In this document: positions 37,509 through 46,608 of the stretch, piece after piece
Position numbering within the stretch: position 1 is the first letter of the stretch
Layout: each line of letters opens with the position of its first letter
IMG/VR virus record: IMGVR_UViG_2706795367_000001
Span: 1-64,000 of that record
Reading direction: 5' to 3' (one strand)
Source: a virus
Lineage: Duplodnaviria > Caudoviricetes
DNA: 64,000 bases
Made by a program: the position numbers and the translations under genes
The notes under the pieces: model-generated
Told to the model about the DNA's origin: nothing
Seen by the model: the letters and a program-made list of their open reading frames with translations, nothing else
The model's database searches: none

Positions 37509-38897
37509 ATGGCAAACCGAGTCGTTTACGGCAACTCGTTCTCCTCAAACGGGTGGCCGATGGTCGACCAAGGTTCATGCACCTGGGTAAAAATCCCCGG
37601 AACGTCGGTGACCCTACAGATCCAGAATGGCCAGCCGCTGGCGATCCTGCGCGCATTCGCCGCAGATTTCCACGCTTACGTTGAGCCGCTGCGCGATGCG
37701 GACTCGGCCTGCTGGACGCCGACCAACTCCGTGTCGACCTCGAACCACCTGTCGGGCACTGCGATGGACCTGAACTGGAATTCGCACCCGTTCCAGGTGC
37801 CAGACGCGGGCTTCGACGCCGCCAAGAAGGCGCGCGTTAAAGAGCTCCTCGACTTCTACGAGGGCACGGTGTTCTGGGGCAACGACTGGACGTCGCCTAA
37901 AGATGCCATGCACTTCCAGCTCGCCAGCCTGCGCAATGGCGGGAATATCAACACCTACGGAAATCCGTTTGTTGATGACTTCATCGCCAGGAAGATCCGG
38001 CCGGACGGTTTCTCAACTTTCCGCCGAGGCGCTGCGCCCGCGCAACCGGCGGCAGCCTCCGTCCTGGCGGCGGCGACCGGCCTGACCGAGTCCCGCGCAA
38101 CCGAAGTGCTACCCGCGGTGCGTGACGGCCTCATTCAATCCGGCTGCACGACAGTGAAGCGCATCGCAATGTGGCTGGCACAGGTCGGCCACGAGTCGGC
38201 GAGCTTCTTCTATACCGAGGAGATCGCCAAGAATGGCCGGTACGCACCGTACATCGGTCGGACATGGATTCAGATCACCTGGGATTACAACTATCGGGCG
38301 TTCTCGCAGTGGTGCCACGCCCGCGGGCTGGTGCCGACGGCGGACTACTTCGTCGTGAACTATCGCGAGCTCGCCGATCTACGCTGGGCAGGCCTCGGTG
38401 CCGCCTGGTACTGGACCGAGCAGCGCCCCCTGAACGCGCTCGTGGACGCCGGCGACAACGCCACGTGGAAGGCCGGAAACGTCACCTACCGCGGCTTCGA
38501 GGCCGTAACTGCGGCCATCAATGGCGGCACCCATGGCCTCGCCGACCGCAAGGCGCGGCACGCCCGCGCCATCGCGCTGGGGGACCAGCTTCTTTCACTC
38601 ATCTCCGAAGGAGGGGACGACTTGACTCCTGAACAGGACAAGATGCTGCGTGAGGTCCACGCATGCCTCTTCAATCCCATCCCGTCGCAGTCCAAATACA
38701 AGGCCGATGGGGAGGGTGCCCGCTGGCGCCTGCATGAACTCATCAAGAACGACGACGCGCTTCTTCACGAAACCGTGGTGGAGCGTCAGGCCATGATGGG
38801 CAACCCGGAAGCCCTCGCCCTCGTTAAACGCGAGGCCGACAAGGGGGACAAATGGGCCCAAGTGGTATTTCGGTACTGCACTGAAGAAGACGCCTGA
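37509..38897 (+). CDS. lysA: lysin A (M15-type peptidase + GH19-like glycosidase)
   Basis: SNHLSGTAMD...DAMHF; HES...TEE...YIGRTWIQIT...NY; AINGG. Confidence 0.95.
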   Translation: MANRVVYGNSFSSNGWPMVDQGSCTWVKIPGTSVTLQIQNGQPLAILRAFAADFHAYVEPLRDADSACWTPTNSVSTSNHLSGTAMDLNWNSHPFQVPDAGFDAAKKARVKELLDFYEGTVFWGNDWTSPKDAMHFQLASLRNGGNINTYGNPFVDDFIARKIRPDGFSTFRRGAAPAQPAAASVLAAATGLTESRATEVLPAVRDGLIQSGCTTVKRIAMWLAQVGHESASFFYTEEIAKNGRYAPYIGRTWIQITWDYNYRAFSQWCHARGLVPTADYFVVNYRELADLRWAGLGAAWYWTEQRPLNALVDAGDNATWKAGNVTYRGFEAVTAAINGGTHGLADRKARHARAIALGDQLLSLISEGGDDLTPEQDKMLREVHACLFNPIPSQSKYKADGEGARWRLHELIKNDDALLHETVVERQAMMGNPEALALVKREADKGDKWAQVVFRYCTEEDA

Positions 38898-39901
38898 TGC
38901 CGCTCCGTCTCGGCGACCGTAACGAAAGCGTTCGCCAATGGCGGATCAAGATGAACGCCTGGTTCGGGCCGCTCTACACCCGCCTGCATGGACCGCTACC
39001 CATGGATACCGACGAGTTCGGACCGCGGGCTAAGTCCTGGCAGGAGGAGTACGAGCGGCGCACCAACCAGCCCGTGGACGGCGAGGTTAGCGACAATGAC
39101 CTGCGGGCGCTGAACGTCCCCGTTCCGACGAAGGTTGTCATCTTCACGGTGGCGGGCACCGGCGCCCGCTGGGATCAGACCTACCCGTACGACCTGGGCC
39201 GCTGGCAGGACCAGAACCGGGTCATCCTGCAGCCGATCGGCTACCCGGCCGCGACATTCCCCATGGGTCCGTCGGTGGACAAGGGTGAAGCCGAACTGGT
39301 CAACCAGATGCGGCGCCACCTCGACGCGAACCCGTCGCTCAATTTCATCCTCGTCGGCTATTCGCAGGGCGCCATTGTGACGTCCCGCGTGCTGCGCAGG
39401 ATGATGAGCGGCGACCTGGCGCACTACTACAACCGCTGCATTGCCGGCGTGACTTTCGGCAATCCGATGCGCGAGCGTGGGCACTTTGTCGGCGTCAACG
39501 ACCCGGGCGGCCAGGGCCTAGATCCGAAGCCGCTCGTCGACACCCCATCTTGGTGGTACGACTATGCGGCGAGAGGCGACATATACAGTAGCGGCCCAGG
39601 CAATAACGACCGCCAAGCCGCAGAGCATATGACGTCCATCTACTTGGCCGTCATGGGTAAGTTCATCCTTGGGAACGACGCGCTCGTCTCGCAGGTTATC
39701 GAGCTGTTCACGAATCCGTTCGCCGAGGTCCCGGCCGTTGTCAAGGCGATCGCATCTGGCATCGGCTTCGTCACTAGCAATCCGCCCACTGCCGCCCACA
39801 TAGAATATCACATTCGCGAGTGTGTCCCCGGCGTTACCTACTTCGATCATGCAATGGGCTATGTCCGCCAAGTTATCTCGGCGAACAAGCGCATCGCCTA
39901 A
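38897..39901 (+). CDS. lysB: lysin B (cutinase-like esterase)
   Basis: GYSQG nucleophile elbow, FGNP, peptidoglycan-binding-like N-terminus. Confidence 0.95.
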   Translation: MPLRLGDRNESVRQWRIKMNAWFGPLYTRLHGPLPMDTDEFGPRAKSWQEEYERRTNQPVDGEVSDNDLRALNVPVPTKVVIFTVAGTGARWDQTYPYDLGRWQDQNRVILQPIGYPAATFPMGPSVDKGEAELVNQMRRHLDANPSLNFILVGYSQGAIVTSRVLRRMMSGDLAHYYNRCIAGVTFGNPMRERGHFVGVNDPGGQGLDPKPLVDTPSWWYDYAARGDIYSSGPGNNDRQAAEHMTSIYLAVMGKFILGNDALVSQVIELFTNPFAEVPAVVKAIASGIGFVTSNPPTAAHIEYHIRECVPGVTYFDHAMGYVRQVISANKRIA

Positions 39902-39913
39902 AAGGGGGATCAA

Positions 39914-40234
39914 TTGAATCTCGGAAAATACTGGAAAGCCGCGATGGCCTTCCTGTCCCTGGTGGTCACCAACCTGGCCTACCGGGTGACTAGTGGCGAA
40001 GAGCCGCTGCCCGCCTTCGACGATTACAAGGGCTGGATACTGTTCGCGGCCACCACCGCGGCGGGCACCTTCCTTACGTGGGCCAAGGGCAACAAGGGCT
40101 TCGTGGAGGCCGACAAGGTAGAGGCTCCAACTATCAACTCGGAGTTGATAGTTGACGAGTCTGGGGCTGACACCGAGCCGATCCCGGTCGCTGAACAGGC
40201 TGAGAAGCCCAAGCGTCGGAGACCTGTGATCTAG
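39914..40234 (+). CDS. holin
   Basis: KYWKA then two transmembrane segments; follows lysB. Confidence 0.8.
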   Translation: MNLGKYWKAAMAFLSLVVTNLAYRVTSGEEPLPAFDDYKGWILFAATTAAGTFLTWAKGNKGFVEADKVEAPTINSELIVDESGADTEPIPVAEQAEKPKRRRPVI

Positions 40235-40620
40235 TGGACGCCCCGGCATACGAGCCCACCGGGTGGTTCGGAATGCTGCCGTGGCTGTTGTACGCCGTGC
40301 CCTTCCTCGTTCCCACGCTATTCATCGCATGGGGGCAGTGGAAGGCGCGGCGCCACAACGCTAAGCAGGCCGCCACCACCGACGAGCTCAAGCAAACCAT
40401 CGGAGCTATCCGCAACAACGTCCAGAACGGTCACAAGACCCTGATGCGCGACGACCTCGACGAACTCGTGGCCGGCATCAAAGAGTTGCGGGCCGGGCAA
40501 GAGACGCAAGGCGAAATGCTCAACCGCATGGATAGACGCCTCGACCGTATCGCCGAGGACCTGTCCACAGAACGCCAGGAACGTATCGCTGGCGATAGGA
40601 GATCAGAAAACTGCAAGTAA
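40234..40620 (+). CDS. membrane protein with coiled coil (lysis cassette)
   Basis: N-terminal TM; VQNGHKTLMRDDLD...ERQERI. Confidence 0.8.
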   Translation: MDAPAYEPTGWFGMLPWLLYAVPFLVPTLFIAWGQWKARRHNAKQAATTDELKQTIGAIRNNVQNGHKTLMRDDLDELVAGIKELRAGQETQGEMLNRMDRRLDRIAEDLSTERQERIAGDRRSENCK

Positions 40621-40862
40621 CGGTGTATTCCCCGCCGACCCCCTGTGTCATGTGCAGGACCACCAAGGCCCGCCTGGACAAGTTCGGAATACCTTACGAG
40701 TCCGTGGTGACCGACGAGGAAACCGCCAATCGATTTCGGAATGAAGGCCGATCCTCATACCCCGTGGTTGTCGTTGAACGCGACGGCCAGGAACCGTGGG
40801 TGTGGTCGGGCTTCCGCGACACCGAGATCAAGAAGCTTGCCGACGAGCTGGCAAGTAAATAA
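40611..40862 (+). CDS. nrdH: NrdH-like glutaredoxin
   Basis: VTVYS..CVMC...YPVVVV...WSGFR; start CTG 40611 (inferred) or GTG 40623. Confidence 0.88.
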   Translation: MQVTVYSPPTPCVMCRTTKARLDKFGIPYESVVTDEETANRFRNEGRSSYPVVVVERDGQEPWVWSGFRDTEIKKLADELASK

Positions 40863-40878
40863 ACAGCTCCCCATAGAC

Positions 40879-40979
40879 GAGGCCCGCGCTCCCCAGGACG
40901 TTCCCCCCTGGGTTGAGCGCGGGCCTCTTTGCCTTTTGACGCCCCGCTAGCTTCGGCTAGCGGGGCGTCTTTTTGTTTT
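40879..40979. terminator. tandem hairpins at convergence of rightward and leftward operons
   Basis: GAGGCCCGCGCTC stem, then GACGCCCCGCTAGC-TTCG-GCTAGCGGGGCGTC-TTTTT (40938-40974). Confidence 0.85.
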
Positions 40980-41193
40980 CGCCCAGGACCTCGGCCGCAT
41001 TCGCGCGAGCGAGATGGTTCTCCGTCTCGTTGCCGGTAAGGGTTTCTTCGGCCCATTCGTGGAGGGCTTCCCGCAGCTTGGCCTCCATCTCTTCCCTGTA
41101 GCGGACGTTCTCGGCGCGGTCGGGTTGCCCGATGCTGATGGCGGCAATGCGGCGGGCGTGCTCAACCTCCGCTTTCAGCTCTTCAATGTTCAT
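40957..41193 (-). CDS. hypothetical protein
   Basis: GGAG RBS; 78 aa. Confidence 0.7.
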   Translation of the reverse strand: MNIEELKAEVEHARRIAAISIGQPDRAENVRYREEMEAKLREALHEWAEETLTGNETENHLARANAAEVLGENKKTPR

Positions 41194-41251
41194 GAGTTAC
41201 TCCGGTTTAGTGTGTGGCTTCATAAAGAAGGAATGAAGGCCAGATCCCAAC

Positions 41252-41509
41252 TTATTTCCCTCCCGTGGCGCTCGGGCTGGGCCAGTTGACAAACTGCTCA
41301 AGGAGATCGTAATGACTGGCGGTCACCACTTCACCCTGCTTGCCGAGGTAGATGATCCCCGTCCAGCGCGCCTTCCGGTCCTCGCCGTAGTCAACCGTCA
41401 CGGGGAGGAAGTCCTCGCCGCTCTGGCGAAGATAGTCGTTCGCCTCTGCGCGGTCTTCCGTGGTAAACAGAACTTCGTCATAGCCCTTGCTGTAGACCGT
41501 GATGATCAC
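41252..41509 (-). CDS. hypothetical protein (possible degenerate glutaredoxin fold)
   Basis: IITVYSKG...LPVTV...WTG resembles NrdH but lacks CxxC. Confidence 0.6.
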   Translation of the reverse strand: MIITVYSKGYDEVLFTTEDRAEANDYLRQSGEDFLPVTVDYGEDRKARWTGIIYLGKQGEVVTASHYDLLEQFVNWPSPSATGGK

Positions 41510-41613
41510 GCCTGCGACTCCCCGTTTGCATTCAGCCAGCCGTAGCATCCGTTGCAGATTGCTACGGTGGTGTCGCCGCAGTGGCTACAGAAGGGCCCGT
41601 ACTCGTAGGTCAT
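41506..41613 (-). CDS. small Zn-ribbon peptide
   Basis: CSHC...CNGC; 4-bp overlaps on both sides. Confidence 0.55.
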   Translation of the reverse strand: MTYEYGPFCSHCGDTTVAICNGCYGWLNANGESQA

Positions 41614-42032
41614 TCGACCACCTGGAGCACCCGGGCGGACAGCTGGCCGGTGGGGCTGCTGCAGTAGTCCCAATCGAGACCGTCCTGCCGCCACTTATCG
41701 CCCCGAATGTCGAACGAGGCAACCGTGCCGTCGTCGCAACCCACAACCTCGAACACGACCGTGAACGTGGCAGTCTCGGGGAGCGTGGGCCCGTTGTATC
41801 GGGGGTCGATCTTGAATCGGACGTTGCATCCGGCCGAACCGTAGCACTGCCGCTCGATCACATTTACCCCGATGTAGAAGTCTTCGGGGTCCGGGGGAAT
41901 GATCTCTTCCTCGACAACGGCCGCGGGAGTGGTGGTCACCGGGGAGCCCGCGGCGATCGGCTTACCGTCGACCGGGACGCACGCCACGCCGAAGAGCGCG
42001 GTCGTTGCGATTACTGTTGCGATGCGTAGCAT
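41610..42032 (-). CDS. lipoprotein
   Basis: Signal with GVAC lipobox; RQCYGSAGCNV. Confidence 0.85.
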   Translation of the reverse strand: MLRIATVIATTALFGVACVPVDGKPIAAGSPVTTTPAAVVEEEIIPPDPEDFYIGVNVIERQCYGSAGCNVRFKIDPRYNGPTLPETATFTVVFEVVGCDDGTVASFDIRGDKWRQDGLDWDYCSSPTGQLSARVLQVVE

Positions 42033-42101
42033 GGTGCTTGCCTTTCATTGGGGCGTGGGCGGGTCATTCTTGACGGGGCGGCCCGCCCACTTAAAAGTTT
42101 C

Positions 42102-42272
42102 TTAGAGGTACATCCCAACCGGCGGCTGGGGTTCTTCCTCGTGGGGAAGGTGAGAGTCGAGATAATCAGCCGTCAAGCGGTTGGTGACCGCCGCGCCGGC
42201 GAGTAGGGCCCGCCGGGCAATCTCCCGGGTGATCGGAAAGCCGAGGCGATGAGTGACGACTTTGGCATCCAT
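42102..42272 (-). CDS. small hypothetical protein (56 aa)
   Basis: Manual translation MDAKVVTHRLGFPITREIARR... Confidence 0.55.
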   Translation of the reverse strand: MDAKVVTHRLGFPITREIARRALLAGAAVTNRLTADYLDSHLPHEEEPQPPVGMYL

Positions 42273-42274
42273 GA

Positions 42275-42634
42275 TTACCCCGCGTGCGAGAACGTCGGGC
42301 CGTGCGCTTCTTCGAAGGCGTCGACAATGTCCTTGGGAATCCGGCCGCGGTCGGAAACCTTCTTGCCCTCTTTCCTGGCCCAGTCCCGAATGGCGCCGAG
42401 CTGGTCGGTCTTGCTGACCACCGGGGTCGCCTTTTTGGCGGGCGAGGCGTGGTGGGAACGCTTTGCCCCGCGGATCTTGCGAGCCGACTCGATGAATCCC
42501 GCGAGGGCTTTTTCAAGCTCCTCGTAGGTCGAGTCAACAAGATCGATTTCGTATTCCTCGCCGGCTAGGGCGAAGGCCCGCGTCTTAGCGCCTTCTTCAC
42601 CCGTGATGTCGTCGATCAATACAACTTTTCGCAT
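42275..42634 (-). CDS. lsr2: Lsr2-like nucleoid-associated protein
   Basis: VLIDDITG...YEIDL...AIRDWARKEG.KVSDRGRIP. Confidence 0.93.
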   Translation of the reverse strand: MRKVVLIDDITGEEGAKTRAFALAGEEYEIDLVDSTYEELEKALAGFIESARKIRGAKRSHHASPAKKATPVVSKTDQLGAIRDWARKEGKKVSDRGRIPKDIVDAFEEAHGPTFSHAG

Positions 42635-42700
42635 TGCTGATACCCCTTTGCTCCTTGATTGGGCGAGTTTCATAAAAGAGTATCTCTATCTCCCCGGTTG

Positions 42701-42796
42701 TCAACCCCCGGGGAACAAGGGGAGGCCCAACTCCCAGAGTATTAGATAAGCCGCCTCGGCCTTGGTGATCTCCGTGCCCTCGAAAAAGAATCTCAC
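42701..42796 (-). CDS. small hypothetical protein
   Basis: GTGA overlap with upstream gene. Confidence 0.45.
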   Translation of the reverse strand: MRFFFEGTEITKAEAAYLILWELGLPLFPGG

Positions 42797-43089
42797 TGCA
42801 GCCACCCGCCGGGGCGGTACACGTAGCCAAGGAACCGCGCTGGAATGGCGCTCGGATCGGCCGTCCACGCGGTGTACTCGGCCCAAGTCATCCCGAGAAA
42901 GGTGTGCAGCGGCGGAAGCTCATCGTCAGGACTGTCGTGCCACCTATCGATCAGATCGTCGAGGTACCGATTCCAGGCCGAGATGGTGACGGGCACGCCC
43001 TTACATGAGTGGATAGCCTCGAACACCCACTTGCCGCAGCGTTGGCATTCTTTCCGGCCGTCGCCGGGGTCGGTAGTCGGATGACTCAC
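42793..43089 (-). CDS. hypothetical protein, paralog of 48018-48362
   Basis: ECQRCGKWVFEAIHSCKG...LHTFLGMTWAEY. Confidence 0.8.
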   Translation of the reverse strand: MSHPTTDPGDGRKECQRCGKWVFEAIHSCKGVPVTISAWNRYLDDLIDRWHDSPDDELPPLHTFLGMTWAEYTAWTADPSAIPARFLGYVYRPGGWLQ

Positions 43090-43286
43090 TCCAGCGGCCT
43101 CACTTTCGTGCTCTTCACCGCCACCGTCTGATACGGGGATAGGCGGGAGGTAATGGACCCGTAATCCGCCTCCGGGTCCACTTTGATCGTGCAGAACACC
43201 CAGCCGCGCTCAACTTTCTCGACGTGGCCCCGGTGTTCTAGGCCTTCAAATTCGACGATGACGTCATCGCCAGGCTTGGGGGTCAT
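43086..43286 (-). CDS. small SH3/Tudor-like protein
   Basis: PGDDVIVEFEG...GHVEKV. Confidence 0.7.
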   Translation of the reverse strand: MTPKPGDDVIVEFEGLEHRGHVEKVERGWVFCTIKVDPEADYGSITSRLSPYQTVAVKSTKVRPLE

Positions 43287-43456
43287 GCCTTCTCCAAAAG
43301 TCGGGTGAGGTCGGCGCGCACCGACCGGTAGACATCGTCCAGCGCGTTGATCGCGTTGGTGACGGTTGTGTGGGTGATGTCGGGTATCTCGACGGACACA
43401 TGCGGGCCATAACCTGCCCCGTAGAACTCGTGCTTGTTGAATACGTGCCTGTTCAC
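43283..43456 (-). CDS. small hypothetical protein (57 aa)
   Basis: Manual translation VNRHVFNKHEFYGAG...; 4-bp overlaps on both sides. Confidence 0.6.
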   Translation of the reverse strand: MNRHVFNKHEFYGAGYGPHVSVEIPDITHTTVTNAINALDDVYRSVRADLTRLLEKA

Positions 43457-43830
43457 AGTTCTTGCTCCCGCCAGTTAGGGTTGGCCGCCTCTATCGCGGC
43501 CGAGAAGTCTGCCAATTCGTCTCGCATCCAATCCGCGATCTCGCCGTCGCGGCTGTAGTGCTTGAAGCGCTTTCCCGGCCGGGTGGCGGCCATCCAGCAC
43601 GTCTTATCGGAGAACAGGTCCAGGTGGACCGAGCGGTCGCCGCCGCGCCAATAGAACGTCAGGTCCCCGTTGTCCGGCGCAATCGAGGCGTACACAGTAT
43701 CCGGGGTGAAAAGCTGCTCCACCACCTTGTAGCCCCACTGAGCCGTGTGCAGGCCGATGTGCCCGCCACTCCAGAGGTTGGCGATATCCAACTTGGCCCG
43801 CTCGGTAGCGGAGCGTGTATCAAGCTTCAT
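43453..43830 (-). CDS. hypothetical protein
   Basis: ATGA overlap; GGGGG RBS. Confidence 0.7.
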   Translation of the reverse strand: MKLDTRSATERAKLDIANLWSGGHIGLHTAQWGYKVVEQLFTPDTVYASIAPDNGDLTFYWRGGDRSVHLDLFSDKTCWMAATRPGKRFKHYSRDGEIADWMRDELADFSAAIEAANPNWREQEL

Positions 43831-44069
43831 GATTCCCCCGGCTCGAGGATCAGATGGGCCACCCCGGCGTCCGAGCGGTCGGGGATGTAGATGGACATCT
43901 CGGTCACGTAATAGACGGGCTCTTTTGAGCCCGGCCTGGCCGACACGTGCCACCCGCTATGGCCTTCGCGGCCGACGCAGAACACCTTCCCAACGCGATC
44001 ATTGGACTCGAATCCGCAGTGCTGGAGGTCGGCGACGCGCGGGCGCCCCTCCTTTAGGCGATGCTTCAT
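43827..44069 (-). CDS. hypothetical protein
   Basis: C...C...GH.GWH motif; overlaps. Confidence 0.7.
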   Translation of the reverse strand: MKHRLKEGRPRVADLQHCGFESNDRVGKVFCVGREGHSGWHVSARPGSKEPVYYVTEMSIYIPDRSDAGVAHLILEPGES

Positions 44070-44353
44070 TCGACTACCCTCCAGCCGTCGATGTAGGGAG
44101 CCTTCAGCCGGGCGACATTGTCCTCGCCGTTGACCCCCACTGACCTCGGCAGCTTGACCACCGCGTAGCGCTCGGCATCTAGATCGGCCAGGATCACGTC
44201 AGCCGCGGCGCGGCGCACCTCATCACTCCACCCGGCGAGAAGTCCAAGGTTGCGCAGTGTGCGGGCAATACTTTCGGACGCCCCGACATCAATGAAGTCT
44301 GGGCGAGGATTGGAGCGCAGCATATCCTCGATCCATTCGCCTAACTCACTCAT
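44066..44353 (-). CDS. hypothetical protein
   Basis: Coupled overlaps; YAVVKLP motif. Confidence 0.7.
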   Translation of the reverse strand: MSELGEWIEDMLRSNPRPDFIDVGASESIARTLRNLGLLAGWSDEVRRAAADVILADLDAERYAVVKLPRSVGVNGEDNVARLKAPYIDGWRVVE

Positions 44354-44546
44354 CACTCACCACGTATCCACGTTTGAAGAAGGCCGTCCGGACAATCTGC
44401 TCGGCAAGGTGAATCCCATGGGCCCGGCTGGAGTGGTTTCGAGAAACCTCGAAGGTGCCGGCGTCACATGTGGACTCGGCCTTGTCTATCTCGGCATTCC
44501 AGAGTTTGTCGAGTTCGGTCATGATCTCTTTGAGAATGTCGTTCAT
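44346..44546 (-). CDS. hypothetical protein
   Basis: Coupled overlaps. Confidence 0.65.
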   Translation of the reverse strand: MNDILKEIMTELDKLWNAEIDKAESTCDAGTFEVSRNHSSRAHGIHLAEQIVRTAFFKRGYVVSDE

Positions 44547-45001
44547 CCGAACCTCACATGTTCGCCAGCGTCAATCGCCCTACCCAGTCCTTCTATGAAG
44601 GTGCGTAGTCGCCCCCTCAGATAGTCATCATCATTCGCCAGCCGCTCGTACTCCGGCTCCAACTCTTCGAGCCTGGCCTTCAACCGGGGGAGATAGCCGC
44701 GTCGCAGCTCCCCGTCGCAATCCGAATGGATTAGCAGGTAGAGAACATCATCCTGCTTGGGGATTCCGTAGATGTCATCCGGCCGCCGCCAGACGGGGTC
44801 CTTCTTGCGCCATCGACCCTGGTAGTTGTCGAGCGTATAGAGATCCCAGTCAAAATCCAGAACCGGCCTGCCATGGCTCCAGTGGTCAGGGTCGCTAGGG
44901 ATGATGTAGGGGAGTCCGGCGGCGCGCCCAACAACCTCACGGAACCGGGTAAACCCGCTATAGGCCCCGTGCCAACAGTCGTGCGTAGTGTCTAGTCCCA
45001 T
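44543..45001 (-). CDS. conserved-type phage hypothetical protein
   Basis: MGLD...YSGFTRFR...HSDCDG motif. Confidence 0.8.
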   Translation of the reverse strand: MGLDTTHDCWHGAYSGFTRFREVVGRAAGLPYIIPSDPDHWSHGRPVLDFDWDLYTLDNYQGRWRKKDPVWRRPDDIYGIPKQDDVLYLLIHSDCDGELRRGYLPRLKARLEELEPEYERLANDDDYLRGRLRTFIEGLGRAIDAGEHVRFG

Positions 45002-45002
45002 C

Positions 45003-45206
45003 TCAATCCTCCCGGTACCAGGGCTTGATTTCGCCGACCCGCAGTCGCGGCCCGAACAAATGGCTAAATCCCCACAGAAACGTCGCCAGGCGGGAGCTGC
45101 GCTGGTCGATCCGGCGCCACAACGACATGGGCGCGAACGTCAGCGCGAAGCTGAACAATTCGATTGTCAGGATGACCCAAAACACGATCCACCACGGGGT
45201 GCTCAT
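45003..45206 (-). CDS. small membrane protein
   Basis: Hydrophobic N-terminus; GGAGG RBS. Confidence 0.65.
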   Translation of the reverse strand: MSTPWWIVFWVILTIELFSFALTFAPMSLWRRIDQRSSRLATFLWGFSHLFGPRLRVGEIKPWYRED

Positions 45207-45409
45207 TCTCGCCACCTCCATTTGCCGTCCTCGCCCAGTTCCTGTATCGCGGTGTTCCACCAGCGCTCGGGCACCGGCCAGTCGACGGTGCACTCGGCGA
45301 GGCCGAATTTCTCGACAATCGCCTTAGCTCCAGCGTCTGCGTCACTGCCAAAGCACCCGCCGGGCATTGAGCGCAGAATGTCGGCTATCATCTTTTCGAT
45401 ATCGCTCAT
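45203..45409 (-). CDS. hypothetical protein
   Basis: ATGA overlaps. Confidence 0.65.
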   Translation of the reverse strand: MSDIEKMIADILRSMPGGCFGSDADAGAKAIVEKFGLAECTVDWPVPERWWNTAIQELGEDGKWRWRE

Positions 45410-45588
45410 TCCGACCCCACCTTCTTCAACTCGCACGGGGAGTACACCCACTCGTCCTCGTCTTGGTCACCGAAATAAATGACCCAGTCCCCGTTGTGCT
45501 GCACGTACGACGCGGTGGCGATGCGGCCGAGATTCTCAGGGGGCCCGCCGACGAGGATCATCACCTTGTCACCCGGTTTGATGTTCAT
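45406..45588 (-). CDS. small KOW/SH3-like protein
   Basis: IKPGDKVMILVG; AAGGAG RBS. Confidence 0.65.
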   Translation of the reverse strand: MNIKPGDKVMILVGGPPENLGRIATASYVQHNGDWVIYFGDQDEDEWVYSPCELKKVGSE

Positions 45589-45800
45589 TTCAACTCCTTG
45601 ATCGCGCCCCGCCACTCACACGCGGCAAACCACTCCCGAAGACTGCCGACAAACTCTTCCGCCTCTTCTGGCCCGTCGAGATGAAACTCCGCGGCAACAG
45701 ATACGGTGCGTCCACTGAGAAGCGACCTGCCCTCGGGCCCCAATTCCCGGAGATGACACCAGATGAGGTACCACTCGCGGAAATAGTTGAAGATGTTCAT
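45585..45800 (-). CDS. hypothetical protein
   Basis: ATGA overlap. Confidence 0.6.
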   Translation of the reverse strand: MNIFNYFREWYLIWCHLRELGPEGRSLLSGRTVSVAAEFHLDGPEEAEEFVGSLREWFAACEWRGAIKELK

Positions 45801-45861
45801 GAATTCTCTTTCCCGCAGGCATGGCCCCAGGCACGGTTGCACTCCTTGCAATGAACCTGAA

Positions 45862-46050
45862 TCACCGCACGTACTCCCTCAGATACGACAGCGCCAACCG
45901 GACGCCCTCAGCTTTGCCCCGCAGCCGGTCGAAATCCGTTCCGTGCGGGAACTTGACGCGCTTCTCGTCGGCCATGAAGTTGAGTTTCACGATCGCGTCC
46001 TCCATGCGGTTGATGAGGTCAGAGACTTGATCAGAGTTCAGATCAGGCAC
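45862..46050 (-). CDS. hypothetical protein
   Basis: GGGAGG RBS; RLRGKAEGVRLALSYLRE. Confidence 0.7.
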   Translation of the reverse strand: MPDLNSDQVSDLINRMEDAIVKLNFMADEKRVKFPHGTDFDRLRGKAEGVRLALSYLREYVR

Positions 46051-46258
46051 CAGGCACCTCCCGCCAATCCCGGAACCTGAAAGTCCACAGCGACTCCCCG
46101 TACGACACCGGGCGGCCCGCATGAGAGATGGTTTTCGCGAGGACGTGTTCCTCGCCGATCGCGGTGATCTCGATGATCGTTTCGCCGCGTCCTTCGTCGC
46201 CGGCGAGTCGGGTTCCGACTGTCCAGCCGTTGCGGCGTGCGGTCTCTGCGTCGCTCAT
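46043..46258 (-). CDS. hypothetical protein
   Basis: MSDAETARRNGWTVG...; overlaps. Confidence 0.7.
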   Translation of the reverse strand: MSDAETARRNGWTVGTRLAGDEGRGETIIEITAIGEEHVLAKTISHAGRPVSYGESLWTFRFRDWREVPGA

Positions 46259-46608
46259 GCCTCGCTCCATCCCGACACCCAGCGGGATTCAATACCGGTC
46301 AATCTGCCTGAACCGGGATCATCGACACCGGGAGGGAAAACCACGTAGGAGCGCATCGCAATCTCAGCGTTCACACGTGTTCCGTGGATGGTCCCGCCAC
46401 CGGACTCGTGTCGTGCGATGTACTCAGGCCTGAGTCCTCCGAGTGCTTTGTCGATCTCCTCGGCCAAGTGCTCGGCACATGTGGGAGGTCCCCAGCGAAC
46501 CCCCTCCTGCCACCCGCAGGAGCACAGCCCATCCTCGCCGTCTCGGCTGTCGATGGGGCGATGCTTGCCGATCACGTCGGCGATCACGTTCTGGGCTTCG
46601 CTGCTCAT
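46255..46608 (-). CDS. modular array protein, family C
   Basis: MSSEAQ...H..CSC..H...EIDKALGGLR...SRWVSGWSEA. Confidence 0.75.
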   Translation of the reverse strand: MSSEAQNVIADVIGKHRPIDSRDGEDGLCSCGWQEGVRWGPPTCAEHLAEEIDKALGGLRPEYIARHESGGGTIHGTRVNAEIAMRSYVVFPPGVDDPGSGRLTGIESRWVSGWSEA

